Positions 10,441 to 19,928 of a stretch of 64,000 nt of DNA are shown piece by piece. Position numbers and translations under genes: made by a program. Source of the stretch: an uncultured delta proteobacterium. GTDB lineage: Bacteria > Myxococcota > Myxococcia > Myxococcales > Myxococcaceae. The stretch is from NCBI GenBank assembly GCA_963713045.1, contig CAVQKE010000007.1, forward strand, positions 256,001 to 320,000. Direction: 5' to 3'. Below the pieces are notes generated by a model, which saw nothing but the letters and a program-made list of their open reading frames with translations, had not been told where the DNA came from and searched no databases. Numbering within the stretch: position 1 is the first letter of the stretch; the number at the start of each line of letters is the position of its first letter.

Positions 10441-10539
10441 TTTAGTTCCATGAATTCTTCTTAGGATCTCAGCCCGTAACAGTCAGGGCGCGAGAGATCC
10501 GAAGGCTATCTCGTGAGTGCCCACGGGAAAGGCACCTCC

Positions 10540-11505
10540 TCACCGCGAACTCATTGCGCTTGACCCTTGCGTTCGTGGGGCGGAGGCCCGCTCCTTCACC
10601 CGCAGAACCAACACGGTTCCGGCCAGCACCAAGGCCATGCCTGCGAGCGCTGTCCCGGTCCAGCGGTAGCCCTCGAAAGCAGTCGAGGCCAGCATGGCCA
10701 CCACCGGGATCACCGCAGCGGTGTAGCCCGAGCGCCCGGCGCCGATGCGCCGCAGCAGCGTCAGGTAGGAGACGAAGGCCGCCACCGACCCGAGGGCCGT
10801 CAGGTAGAGGAGCGAGAGCACGTAAGGCGGGCGGAGGTCGAAGGCAAGCGGAACGCCCCGCACCGCGCACCAACCGAGGAGGAGGAGCGCGGCATAGCCC
10901 ATGGCCCAGGCCGTCCCAGGCACAACGGCCACCCCGCGAGCGAAGAGGCGCTGGGACTGGAGGTTCCCGGCCGATGCCACAAGGGTGGCGATGCAGGCGA
11001 GCGCCATCCCGATGCCCTTGCCCTGTCCACCCCGCAGGCTCGCCAGCTCGGGCCAGAAGAGGAGTCCGACGCCTGTCACACCAATGATCGCCCCCAGGAG
11101 CACGGCCAATGACACGCGGGTGCCGAAGAGAAGGCGCGCGCCGAGGAGATTCCAGAAGACGATGAAGGCGAAGAGCACCGCTACCAGGCCAGAGGTGAGG
11201 CGCTGCTCGCTCCGGTAGACCAGCACATAGTTGACGCCGAAGAGCAGCGCCCCCAGGAGCGCCAGTCCGGCGTGCTCTCGGGGCGCGAAGCGGAGCGAGA
11301 CGCTCCGCAGCAGGCACCAGCCCAGCAACAGGAGCGAGGCTAGCGCGAAGCGCCAGGCCACAGAGACCTCTGGCTGCACTACGCCAAGCTGGAACTTGAT
11401 GACCAGCCAAGTCGTTCCCCAAATAACACTGGGGAGGAGGAAGAGGAACAGGGTGGAGGCGGCGGAGGCATCCGGAGTCGCCGGAGTATCAAGAGCGCGT
11501 TCCAT
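10540..11505 (-). CDS. EamA/DMT family transporter
   Basis: IWGTTWLVIK, WRFALAS, SGLVAVLF and YLTALGSVAAF..Y..LL.RIGA motifs; about 10 TM segments; ATG at 11505. Confidence 0.92.
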   Translation of the reverse strand: MERALDTPATPDASAASTLFLFLLPSVIWGTTWLVIKFQLGVVQPEVSVAWRFALASLLLLGWCLLRSVSLRFAPREHAGLALLGALLFGVNYVLVYRSEQRLTSGLVAVLFAFIVFWNLLGARLLFGTRVSLAVLLGAIIGVTGVGLLFWPELASLRGGQGKGIGMALACIATLVASAGNLQSQRLFARGVAVVPGTAWAMGYAALLLLGWCAVRGVPLAFDLRPPYVLSLLYLTALGSVAAFVSYLTLLRRIGAGRSGYTAAVIPVVAMLASTAFEGYRWTGTALAGMALVLAGTVLVLRVKERASAPRTQGSSAMSSR

Positions 11506-11696
11506 AGAAGGGCGCGGGGAGCATAAGCCCGGGCGCGGCCGAATCAGCCATCCGACGCCAACGTGGCCGCAACGGTAGCGCGACTCGAGATGCGTACTCT
11601 GCAGTGCCGAGGGCCTTGCTTCTTGGCTGCCGTCGGCTGGCGCGACTCGAACGGGGCGCGCAATTGCGACTGCAGTCGGACGTGCGTGCGACTGCA

Positions 11697-12185
11697 ATGC
11701 CGGCGGTCGTAACCCATCGCTACCACCCGCGTCTCGGACCCTGCCGAAACCTCTGCCAAATGGGGGACCTCGAGGCAGAAGAACTTCTCCGCCGGCTCCG
11801 CGGGGAGTTTGGCCGTTCACTCAAGGCGGGCTACTTGACTCGACGTCGGGCGACAGAAGCGTGGCTGCATAGAACTGCAGAAGGCGTCCTTCGGCGGCGA
11901 CTACAGCCGTGGCCCGTCTACTTCTTTCTCGGCGACTTCTCCCATGGTCTCGACCCCTCTCGGCCGGCCGTGCTTCAGGTTCCGCTTGACCGTCTTGCCG
12001 CCGAGCGGCTGACGCTCACTCTGGGCGACAGCATGACGGTTGCGGCGCAGCCTCGCGCTCATCTCTACGGGCTCGAGCAAGTGGCCAGCTTGTTCGCACA
12101 GGGTTTGGTGGCAGGGTTCGGGTCATCTGACCAATCCCGGTTTCAAGAGTCCTTCATTGAGGTTCAAGTCTGGCGCGGCCACTAG
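11697..12185 (+). CDS. Conserved-looking hypothetical protein
   Basis: Globular composition with motifs YL.RR.ATE.WL, P.YFFLG, LTLGDSM and FIEVQVW; ATG at 11697. Confidence 0.6.
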   Translation: MPAVVTHRYHPRLGPCRNLCQMGDLEAEELLRRLRGEFGRSLKAGYLTRRRATEAWLHRTAEGVLRRRLQPWPVYFFLGDFSHGLDPSRPAVLQVPLDRLAAERLTLTLGDSMTVAAQPRAHLYGLEQVASLFAQGLVAGFGSSDQSRFQESFIEVQVWRGH

Positions 12186-12347
12186 ACCGAGGCGAAGAAG
12201 CGCACGGACAGGGCAGTGGCTTTCTGGACCCGTATCTCGGACTCGGGCTCCGCGAGCACCACACTCCTCGAGTTCGTGCTCACCTCGAGTTTGGCTTTGA
12301 CGAATGGCGGTACGTGCCATCAAAATTTCCGACCAGCCCCCCCGGGG

Positions 12348-12386
12348 CGATAGGGTTTCATTATCGTACGATGGACTATCGATATT
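12348..12386 (+). promoter_or_regulatory. Tandem LysR-type T-N11-A boxes upstream of the DUF1579-like/esterase operon
   Basis: CGATAGGGTTTCATTATCG (dyad) followed by GATGGACTATCGATATT. Confidence 0.5.
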
Positions 12387-12439
12387 GGACTCTTACCGTG
12401 GGGAGCGCGCAGGTTGCGGGCAACCTTGGAGGAGTCAGC

Positions 12440-12994
12440 ATGATGCGAACGTCAGTTTCTGGAAGGGGTGCGCGCCGGCTCAAGCGTGTTCTCTGTCTCG
12501 TCGCCATCGCGGGCGCCTCGTGGTTGAGCGCCGCGTTCGCCGCAGATGCGTCAGCACCCTGTTCAACCAACATCGAAGCGCGCCAGCTGGACTACTGGTT
12601 GGGCGATTGGACAGTGACCTATCCCGGCGCCTCCGGAAATGGCACCAGCAGGGTCTACCTCTCCCTCGAGCAATGCCTCCTCGTTGAGAGCTGGGACAGC
12701 GGAACGGGCTTCAGCGGCGAAAACATCTTCGCCTACAACCCAGAGGACAAGCTCTGGCACGGGCTCTATGCCGACAATCACGCTCACGTGCATGTCTTTG
12801 AAGGAAGGGTCAAGCCGGGCTCGGCCGAGTTCGATGGACGAAGCCACGACCCGAAGGGAGCAGTTGTACTCAACAGGCTCACGGTGGTGCGCCTGACTCC
12901 GAACAAGGTCGAGCAGACGTGGGAGAAGTCAGAAGACAACGGAGCGACCTGGAAGGTGGAGTTCCGCGGAGACTATTCGCGCAAGAGCCCCTGA
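12440..12994 (+). CDS. Secreted DUF1579-like protein
   Basis: GGAGGAG RBS; signal peptide; RQLDYWLGDW and QTWEKSEDNGATWKVEF.G.Y.R motifs. Confidence 0.7.
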   Translation: MMRTSVSGRGARRLKRVLCLVAIAGASWLSAAFAADASAPCSTNIEARQLDYWLGDWTVTYPGASGNGTSRVYLSLEQCLLVESWDSGTGFSGENIFAYNPEDKLWHGLYADNHAHVHVFEGRVKPGSAEFDGRSHDPKGAVVLNRLTVVRLTPNKVEQTWEKSEDNGATWKVEFRGDYSRKSP

Positions 12995-13007
12995 ATTCAG
13001 GTCACGC

Positions 13008-14633
13008 ATGCTCCATTTAGCCGCCCTGCTTCTGTGTCCGCTCGTCCTCCTCCTCGCCGGTGCAAGCGAGGAGAATGCGCCGCCCAAGGCCTCGCCACCT
13101 CCGATGGTGAGGCTTGAGGTCGGTGTCCTCGAGGGCACCCGCCTCGGCGCGAGTGAGGGGACGACGGCCTTTCTCGGCGTGCCGTACGCGGCTCCTCCCG
13201 TCGGTGGACTACGATGGAAACCGCCACAGCCCGTGACTCCGTGGGTGGGTACGCGCAGAGCAACATCGTTCGCTGCGTCCTGTCCGCAGCTGCCGCAAGG
13301 CTGGCTTCCAGACCTCCCGTGGAGCGAAGACTGCCTGTACCTGAATGTTTGGACGCCGGAACTGTCCCCGAATGCGGCCCTGCCCGTCATCGTCTGGTTT
13401 CACGGCGGCGGAAACAAGGCTGGTCGAGCTGAGCAGACAGTGCTCGGACCCGCCATGTCTCGACTCGGAGTCGTCGTCGTAAGCTTCAATTACCGACTGG
13501 GTCCCTTCGGCTTTCTTGTCCATCCAGCGCTCAGGGCAGAGTCGGAACACCACGCTTCAGGGAACTACGGACTTCTCGACCAACTGCAGGCTCTCGAATG
13601 GACGCGACGCAACATTTCCCGTTTTGGAGGCGATCCCAACCGAATCACCGTGGTGGGCCACTCTGCAGGCGCGTTCGACATCTGTCTGCTCATGGCATCG
13701 CCGCTCGCGACGGGAATGTTTCAGCGGGCCATCCTTGAGAGCGGGGAATGTCAGAGTGCCTTCATTCGGGATGGTCGAGCGGCTCTTCCATACAACGCAC
13801 TGCAGGAAAGCGGTGAAGTCCAGGGACAGCGGCTGGCAGGTGAACTGCATGTTCCAAACCGGCCGGACGCGTTGGAAAGGCTCCGGAGCCTGCCGGCGGA
13901 CGAAATCCTCAGGGTATGGGGCAGGGACCCCACGGTTCGCCTCGACCCCGTCGTAGACGGCTGGATTATCTCGGAGCAGCCGGCCCGAGTCTTCGCCGAG
14001 GGCAGACAAGCACACATCCCCATTGTCGTGGGTAGCACAACAGATGAAGCGACGGTGTTTGGTCACCAGGGACCGACGACCGTCAACCAATACCGGGAGT
14101 ACCTCGCCGCCAATGCCGGAAAATATTCTGTCCAGCAGTTTCAAGCGTACCGAGCGACAGGCGACGCCGACGTCGCCGGCCAGTACTTGCGGCTTCAAAA
14201 CGACCTCTTCGCCTTTGGCGCTTACTCCTTGGCCCAGGCGATGACCCGCGCTGGACAGACGGCATACGTCTATCTGTTCTCATTCGTCGACACTGGTAAG
14301 CGCGCGCACCTCGGCGCATTCCACGGCGAGGAGCTCATGTTTCTGAGTGATTTATTCCCGGATGATTGGAAGCGTGGCCCTGACGAGGCCAGACTTGGCG
14401 AGCTCATGCGCGCTTACTGGACACAGTTCGCAAAGACCGGCGACCCCAATGCTGCCGACCTCCCCCACTGGCCCGCTTACGACGCAACGCTGGAGCAAGT
14501 CATCGAGCTGGGACGGACTGTCAGCGTGGGTCCTGCCCCGCATGCCGCGCAACTCCGCGTCCTCGAAGAAGTCATGAATCAAATTCTGGCCGAAACTGCA
14601 CCCAGAGCACTCTCGGCGCACCAACGGCATTGA
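13008..14633 (+). CDS. Carboxylesterase type B (para-nitrobenzyl esterase family)
   Basis: FLGVPYAAPPVG.LRW, SEDCLYLNVW, HGGG oxyanion hole, GHSAG nucleophile, AFH His; signal peptide. Confidence 0.95.
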   Translation: MLHLAALLLCPLVLLLAGASEENAPPKASPPPMVRLEVGVLEGTRLGASEGTTAFLGVPYAAPPVGGLRWKPPQPVTPWVGTRRATSFAASCPQLPQGWLPDLPWSEDCLYLNVWTPELSPNAALPVIVWFHGGGNKAGRAEQTVLGPAMSRLGVVVVSFNYRLGPFGFLVHPALRAESEHHASGNYGLLDQLQALEWTRRNISRFGGDPNRITVVGHSAGAFDICLLMASPLATGMFQRAILESGECQSAFIRDGRAALPYNALQESGEVQGQRLAGELHVPNRPDALERLRSLPADEILRVWGRDPTVRLDPVVDGWIISEQPARVFAEGRQAHIPIVVGSTTDEATVFGHQGPTTVNQYREYLAANAGKYSVQQFQAYRATGDADVAGQYLRLQNDLFAFGAYSLAQAMTRAGQTAYVYLFSFVDTGKRAHLGAFHGEELMFLSDLFPDDWKRGPDEARLGELMRAYWTQFAKTGDPNAADLPHWPAYDATLEQVIELGRTVSVGPAPHAAQLRVLEEVMNQILAETAPRALSAHQRH

Positions 14634-14645
14634 AAGGAGTTGCTT

Positions 14646-15572
14646 TCAACTCGTGGGTTGAGACCTGAGCTCGTTCGCCAGCAGTTTGCGGACAGCGGCG
14701 ACAGCTCCAGTCTCGTAACGCGCGGTGTTGCGCGCCAGAGTGACGATGCGTTCGAGTCGCGGTGTATTGATGGCCAGCATCTTCAGTGGCGGGCTCGGCA
14801 CGTCGAGGGCGCTGCGAGGCACAAGAGCGACGCCGAGACCGGCCGAGACGAAGGCCCTTACCGTCCCCACGTTCGCTGTGGTGAAGCCGATGTGCGGAAC
14901 AAAGCCGCTTCGCTTGGCTGCCAGGGCAATCATTTTCCGGACGGTCGCCCCTGGTCGAAAGGCAACGAGCGTCTCGTCGCGGAGATCCTCGAGGCCAATA
15001 CTGCCGTGACTTGCGAGGCGATGGCCCGGACTGACGATCGCCACCAAGGGCTCGCTACAGAGTTTCGCTAGCGACAAGTCTTGGCTGGCTGCGCGCATCC
15101 CCACCACAGTCCCTCCCACCCTGCCCAGGTGGACCAAGCCGAGGTCCACCTCGCCACGCCGGAGGAGTTCGAACACCTGCCGGGTGTGGACCTCGCGGAA
15201 GGTGATGCGTACTCCTGGCTGGCGTGCGTGGAACGACGCCAGCAGTGACGGCAGGCGACCTTCGAGGAGGGTCTGTAAAGCGCAGCCGATTCGGACCGTC
15301 CCGGTGCGCAGCCCGGCATGGGCCGCCATCTCGTGGACCGCGTCCTGCACCTCCAACAAGATGCGTTCGGCGCGCGTCAACAGGCTGGCGCCGGCCTCTG
15401 TCAACCCGGACATCCGGTTGCTGCGCTCGATCAGCACGACACCCAGCTCACGCTCCAGCGCCTGAATCTGTTGCGACAGTGCAGGCTGCGCCACACGTAA
15501 CCGTCGGGCCGCTCGGGTGAAGCTCTGCTCATGGGCGACTGCGACGAAGGACCGGAGGTGGCGGATGTCCAC
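14646..15572 (-). CDS. LysR family transcriptional regulator
   Basis: N-terminal HTH SFTRAARRLRVAQPALSQQIQALERELG; V.AGLGVALVP in the substrate domain. Confidence 0.95.
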   Translation of the reverse strand: MDIRHLRSFVAVAHEQSFTRAARRLRVAQPALSQQIQALERELGVVLIERSNRMSGLTEAGASLLTRAERILLEVQDAVHEMAAHAGLRTGTVRIGCALQTLLEGRLPSLLASFHARQPGVRITFREVHTRQVFELLRRGEVDLGLVHLGRVGGTVVGMRAASQDLSLAKLCSEPLVAIVSPGHRLASHGSIGLEDLRDETLVAFRPGATVRKMIALAAKRSGFVPHIGFTTANVGTVRAFVSAGLGVALVPRSALDVPSPPLKMLAINTPRLERIVTLARNTARYETGAVAAVRKLLANELRSQPTS

Positions 15573-15610
15573 GATAAGGATCTCCTATCGCGATGAGAGG
15601 TTCCCATATC
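15573..15610. promoter_or_regulatory. LysR binding sites directly upstream of the LysR gene
   Basis: GATAAGGATCTCCTATC (T-N11-A dyad, 15573-15589) followed by a weaker GATGAGAGGTTCCCATATC site. Confidence 0.55.
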
Positions 15611-15760
15611 AGGTTTTACCATGCGGTAGGGCCATCAGAGCCGACTGGTCGATGAGCCCGGCGGAAACATTTTCCAGGGAGCTCCGGCTGGCGGCCTGGA
15701 CCGCGTGAATTCTGCACCGTCGAGTCAAGCGTCAAGGGCTGTAGCGCTCACGTCCGGTCG

Positions 15761-15868
15761 GCTGTTGCAACGAAGCAACAGCTGTTGCGGCTGCGCAACA
15801 GCTCAAGACTGGCAACCTCCCGCCACCTCAGGCGTCAGCGTCGATCCAGCGCTGGCACTCGAAATGCT
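15761..15868 (+). promoter_or_regulatory. Sigma54 promoter with two tandem palindromic enhancer sites
   Basis: GCTGTTGC-N6-GCAACAGC twice (15761-15782, 15781-15802); TGGCACTCGAAATGCT (GG-N10-GC) at 15853-15868. Confidence 0.7.
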
Positions 15869-16048
15869 GGTGCGCTGACCGGCCCGAGGGGGGCGGGCCG
15901 GCCCGCGCTAGGACACGGAACGACACAAGGCATCGACCCAAAGCAGCGAGGACCTCGACCTCGATGGAGTCAGAGACGCTCCGTCGGTCGAGGGTTTTTC
16001 GCAATACCACTTTTCACGCTGACCCGACTGAAGAGGAGGGAACAACCG

Positions 16049-17143
16049 ATGAAGCCCAGTTTCATCCTGAGTCAACTCATTCTTGTTTCTACATTTGTGG
16101 CTTCCGCACCAGCGTTGGCGGGCGAGCATCAAATCATCACTTTCGACGTTCCCGGATCCTATCAAGACCCCGGCGGCGGCACGCTGGCCTCGGTCATCAA
16201 CGACTTCGGTGAAATCGCTGGTCTGTACGTCGGCGCAACCGACCTGCAGGTTCACGGCTTCTTGCGACGCACGGATGGTACCTTTGTGACCTTTGACCCG
16301 CCCGGTTCCATTTATACAAACCCCTATGGGCTCAATCTCGAAGGTGCCATCACCGGGGTTTATTATGATGCAACGGGCTTCGAGCATGGGTTCTTGCGCA
16401 GCCCAACTGGCAAATTCACGACCTTTGATCCGAGCCCCAGCCAGGGAACGGAAGCTCTCAACATCAACGATTTCGGCGAGATCGCCGGCGACTACTTCGA
16501 CGCCAATGGGATAACGCATGGCTTCCTGCGAAGCCCAACGGGGACCATCGTCCTCTGGGACGTTCCCGGCGCTGACCAGGGCACCCGTCCGGCTGTCTCG
16601 AGTGCTCTGACCAATGAGGGGACCATCGCCGGGGACTTTCGCGTCACGGATTCGAACGTCAATCCGCCCTATGACAGTCATGGTTTTTTGCGCCATCCGG
16701 ACGGCACCTTCACCACGTTCGACGTTCCGGGCTCGGGTGACACCTACATGTCGAGCGTCAACGACCAGAATGTCACCACCGGTTTTTGGGTCGTCGCCCA
16801 CGGCCAGGTCGAGCACGCCTTTGTGCGCGGACGGGACGGCAGGATTACCACCTTCGACGCCCCAGGCGCTGGAGCGGGGACCGGTGCCAATCAGCAGGGC
16901 ACCCTACCCTCTAACATCAATGCCTTGGGCGCTATCGCGGGTTATTTCCTCGACAACGAATCCGTCTCTCATGGCTTCGTCCGGGGTTGTGATGGCACCC
17001 TCACAGAGTTTGACGCGCCTGGGGCAGGCACCGCTCCCTTCCAGGGCCAAGGAACCTCGGCCTTTAGCAACAACTTCGCCGGTGCAATTACTGGGGCCTT
17101 GGTCGACGCGAATGGCGTGTCACATGGCTTTCTAAGGGAATAG
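16049..17143 (+). CDS. Secreted 7-repeat (HAF-like, HGFLR) beta-propeller protein
   Basis: GAGGAGGG RBS; signal peptide ending ALA; seven repeats of IN..G.I.G.Y.D.....HGF(L/V)R...G....FD.PG. Confidence 0.85.
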   Translation: MKPSFILSQLILVSTFVASAPALAGEHQIITFDVPGSYQDPGGGTLASVINDFGEIAGLYVGATDLQVHGFLRRTDGTFVTFDPPGSIYTNPYGLNLEGAITGVYYDATGFEHGFLRSPTGKFTTFDPSPSQGTEALNINDFGEIAGDYFDANGITHGFLRSPTGTIVLWDVPGADQGTRPAVSSALTNEGTIAGDFRVTDSNVNPPYDSHGFLRHPDGTFTTFDVPGSGDTYMSSVNDQNVTTGFWVVAHGQVEHAFVRGRDGRITTFDAPGAGAGTGANQQGTLPSNINALGAIAGYFLDNESVSHGFVRGCDGTLTEFDAPGAGTAPFQGQGTSAFSNNFAGAITGALVDANGVSHGFLRE

Positions 17144-17204
17144 CGCGCCTTAGCAACGCCCGGTCATCTTCATCGCGCTTCACTTCAAGGCGGTGAAGGC
17201 CTGC

Positions 17205-17402
17205 CTACCGTCCCATTTCCTTTGCGAACTCGACGAATGCCTGCTCGATCGAGCGAGCCACAAGCATCTCGAGTGATTCCCGCTTCTGGCGACGTCGCCC
17301 GCGAATCAATCGCAGCAGCAGCCGCCCAATCGAGTCCCTCGTCTGCGACTTCGGCGCGAGTGCGGACAGTGTGTTGTTGGAGATGAGAGTGGCGGTTGAC
17401 AT
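17205..17402 (-). CDS. Small hypothetical protein (65 aa)
   Basis: ATG at 17402; amphipathic basic helix followed by SIEQAFVEFAKEMGR. Confidence 0.4.
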   Translation of the reverse strand: MSTATLISNNTLSALAPKSQTRDSIGRLLLRLIRGRRRQKRESLEMLVARSIEQAFVEFAKEMGR

Positions 17403-17468
17403 GGTTTTCCCGTTGCGAGGTTGGCAGCGCCGGAGCGCCTGTGAATCAGTACGGAGGGGACAAGCGTT

Positions 17469-17531
17469 GTGACAGAACTTCGCCGGGCGTCCGAGACGCC
17501 CTTCGACCTCGTCTTCGAAGCCCGGCCCTGA
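17469..17531 (+). pseudogene. 3' remnant of a class I SAM methyltransferase
   Basis: Reads VTELRRASETPFDLVFEARP*, matching the typical RRATETPFNLVLEARP C-terminus; no upstream gene body. Confidence 0.5.
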
Positions 17532-18355
17532 GGCTCCGGCGCACTCCGTGGGCTCAGGGGCCCAGGCGAAGCGCACGAGCGCCGTGCAAAAGTTTGGCTC
17601 GGCGGCGTTTTCCTTGGGCGCCTCTCAGGGTTCGTCGTCCAAAAGGCCCAACTCCGACACTGGCTGAATGCAGCCGCATGCGTCGTGCAAGCATCCCAAG
17701 CGCGCTTAATCGTTTTCTGCAATGGGTGTTCTTCCTGGGCGATGGGTGCTCTGTCCGTCCGCTGGTCGGAAGGCAGAGCGGGAAAGCCCTGACCCCGGGG
17801 ACCGTTTCTCGAGGAGGCGGCCCCCGGGGTTTTCTTGAGAGGCTCGAGCTGGGAGAAGCGCAGCCCGGCTTCCAGCGACCGTTGGGATTTCAGGCCTAAG
17901 CCCGGCGGTCAGCATCCAGCGCCAGCAGGAACGGCATCACTGGACTGGTCCACTTCACGGGGAGTGCCAGGGCGTCGGTCACACCGCCTTCATTCGCTTA
18001 GGGCGGAGGTCCCTGAGGAAAGGACCGTCACCTCTAGGCTGCGGGAACATTCGCTGGTGTGCGTCGGTAGAGGTTTCCGTCAGTCGGGAGGGGGACAGTG
18101 CCCGACGAAGTACCGTCAACCTGGCCATGGGGCTCGCCCTCCCCTGCAGTCGCCTCAGGGCCACCCCCCCGGGCGCAGCGTCACCCATTGCCAGCGAGTT
18201 CAGAAGTTGCGGCGACTACGCGGCTGTGCTCGGTTTAAGTCCGATGAAGGTCGCCTTCGCCGCAGGACGGCGAGCGCGGCGCCCTTGAAAACGGACCCCT
18301 GGAAAATGCCGAGGGGCATAGGCCCGGGCCGGCGCAGCACGGGAGGTTTCTAACG

Positions 18356-18847
18356 TTGAAGACGAAAACGCTTCTCCACGTGTGCATCGCCCTCGGTGTC
18401 CTTTCTGGCTGCCCGCCGGGCTCCTCGCCGACTTCGGACGCGACGCTCAACTTCAGCGGCGTGTGGGCCGGAGACGCCGGTCCGAACCCGAGCGACCTTA
18501 AATTTCAGGCGAAGATTGAGATTCTGGACGACGCCGGGACCATCTCGGGTGAGTTCTTCAACGAAGACCCGGAGAAGCCGGGCGTCTACCTTCGAACCGG
18601 ACAAATTCGCGGCGCGCGCGACGGCGGCGTGCTGCTGCTGACAAGCGGGACGACCATCGACACTCCCGACGCGGGCAGGCTCGAGCCGCAGCCGCTGACC
18701 CTCACCTACGACGGCGGCTTTTTGGTCGGCGTGCGCGTCCTTCAGCTGCAGGGGCGGCCGCCAGTCAATGAATACCTCTTGCTCCGGAAGCAGCGAACGG
18801 GGCCCGCCGTGGCGGCACCGAATTCCGTTTCATCAGATGGCGGCTGA
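18356..18847 (+). CDS. Lipoprotein, hypothetical
   Basis: GGGAGG RBS, TTG start, lipobox LSGC, beta-rich body. Confidence 0.7.
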   Translation: MKTKTLLHVCIALGVLSGCPPGSSPTSDATLNFSGVWAGDAGPNPSDLKFQAKIEILDDAGTISGEFFNEDPEKPGVYLRTGQIRGARDGGVLLLTSGTTIDTPDAGRLEPQPLTLTYDGGFLVGVRVLQLQGRPPVNEYLLLRKQRTGPAVAAPNSVSSDGG

Positions 18848-19867
18848 GCGGCTGGCGCGCTCTTCCAAGTGGCGCTTCAGGGCCACCGCGTTGTTTCGCT
18901 CGGTTTCCCGTGAAGCATAGACGAGGGTCACTGGGCGGCTTCGGACCTCGGCCACCAGGCGGTCGAGGGCAGCTGGTTGCGCCTCCAGCTCGCGGGCGTA
19001 CCGCTTTTGGAATTTCTCCCAGCGCTGCGGGCGATGGCCGTACCACCGACGCAGGGCGTCCGACGGAGCCAGCTCACGCAGCCAAGCATCCACATGCGCT
19101 CGCCGCTTGGTCAGGCCTCTTGGCCAAAGGCGGTCCACCAGCACCCGATAGCCATCCTCGGCAGCCGCGGCCTCGTAGACGCGTTTCACTCGCACCGAGC
19201 GGCCATTCATCAGAGCTGTCTGGGACGTCGTCGGAGGCGGAGGGAGGCCGTCGAGGAAGCGGACCGCCCCTGTCTCGAGTTCATACTCGGCGCCCACCAC
19301 GGCCACCCGTCCGGCGACAACCAGCTCCTCGAGCAGGCGGCTTCCATGCCGGAGGTGGGCCACGGAGGCCCGGACGTTGGCACGCATTGCCTCGCGCAGC
19401 AGACGCTTCGGGTGCCCAGGGCGGACCAGGTTTTCAATGTGTGGGGCGATGCGGTCGGTGATGGCACGGATGTTTTTCGACTCGGGGCCAAGACCAGTCT
19501 CAATGGCCTTCACGGTCGCGGCGATGGCCCCACAGCGGGTATGGCCCATCACCAGCACCAGGCGTGAGCCGAATTGCGAGGCCGCGAATTCGATGGACCC
19601 CACCACGGAGGGAGCGACGATGTTCCCGGCGATGCGGATGACGAAGAGGTCTCCGAAGCCCTCGTCAAACAGAATTTCCACGGGAGTCCGGGAGTCCGAG
19701 CACCCGAGAATGATGGCGAACGGGCGTTGTACCGCGGTGGCCAGGTGACGGCTCCAGGAGCGGGCGGGCGACTTGCCCTTGGCATTTCGAAACCGCAGGT
19801 TCCCTTCGGCGAGCCGCTGCAGTGCAACGTCCGGCGCTGGCGCGCTCGCATCCCAGGTGTGGGGCAT
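18833..19867 (-). CDS. Beta-carbonic anhydrase fused in frame to a DUF488/YeaO domain
   Basis: CSDSR and HTRCGA Zn ligands, GDLFVIRIAGN; C-terminal VKRVYE....DGYRVLVDRLWPRG...W.RELAPS..LR.WYGH domain (18833-19210). Confidence 0.88.
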   Translation of the reverse strand: MPHTWDASAPAPDVALQRLAEGNLRFRNAKGKSPARSWSRHLATAVQRPFAIILGCSDSRTPVEILFDEGFGDLFVIRIAGNIVAPSVVGSIEFAASQFGSRLVLVMGHTRCGAIAATVKAIETGLGPESKNIRAITDRIAPHIENLVRPGHPKRLLREAMRANVRASVAHLRHGSRLLEELVVAGRVAVVGAEYELETGAVRFLDGLPPPPTTSQTALMNGRSVRVKRVYEAAAAEDGYRVLVDRLWPRGLTKRRAHVDAWLRELAPSDALRRWYGHRPQRWEKFQKRYARELEAQPAALDRLVAEVRSRPVTLVYASRETERNNAVALKRHLEERASRSAAI

Positions 19868-19928
19868 GCGCGCAGCTTTAGCAGGCCGGGCGCGGGCAAG
19901 GCACGCTTCTGACAGCGTGCGGCCCCTG

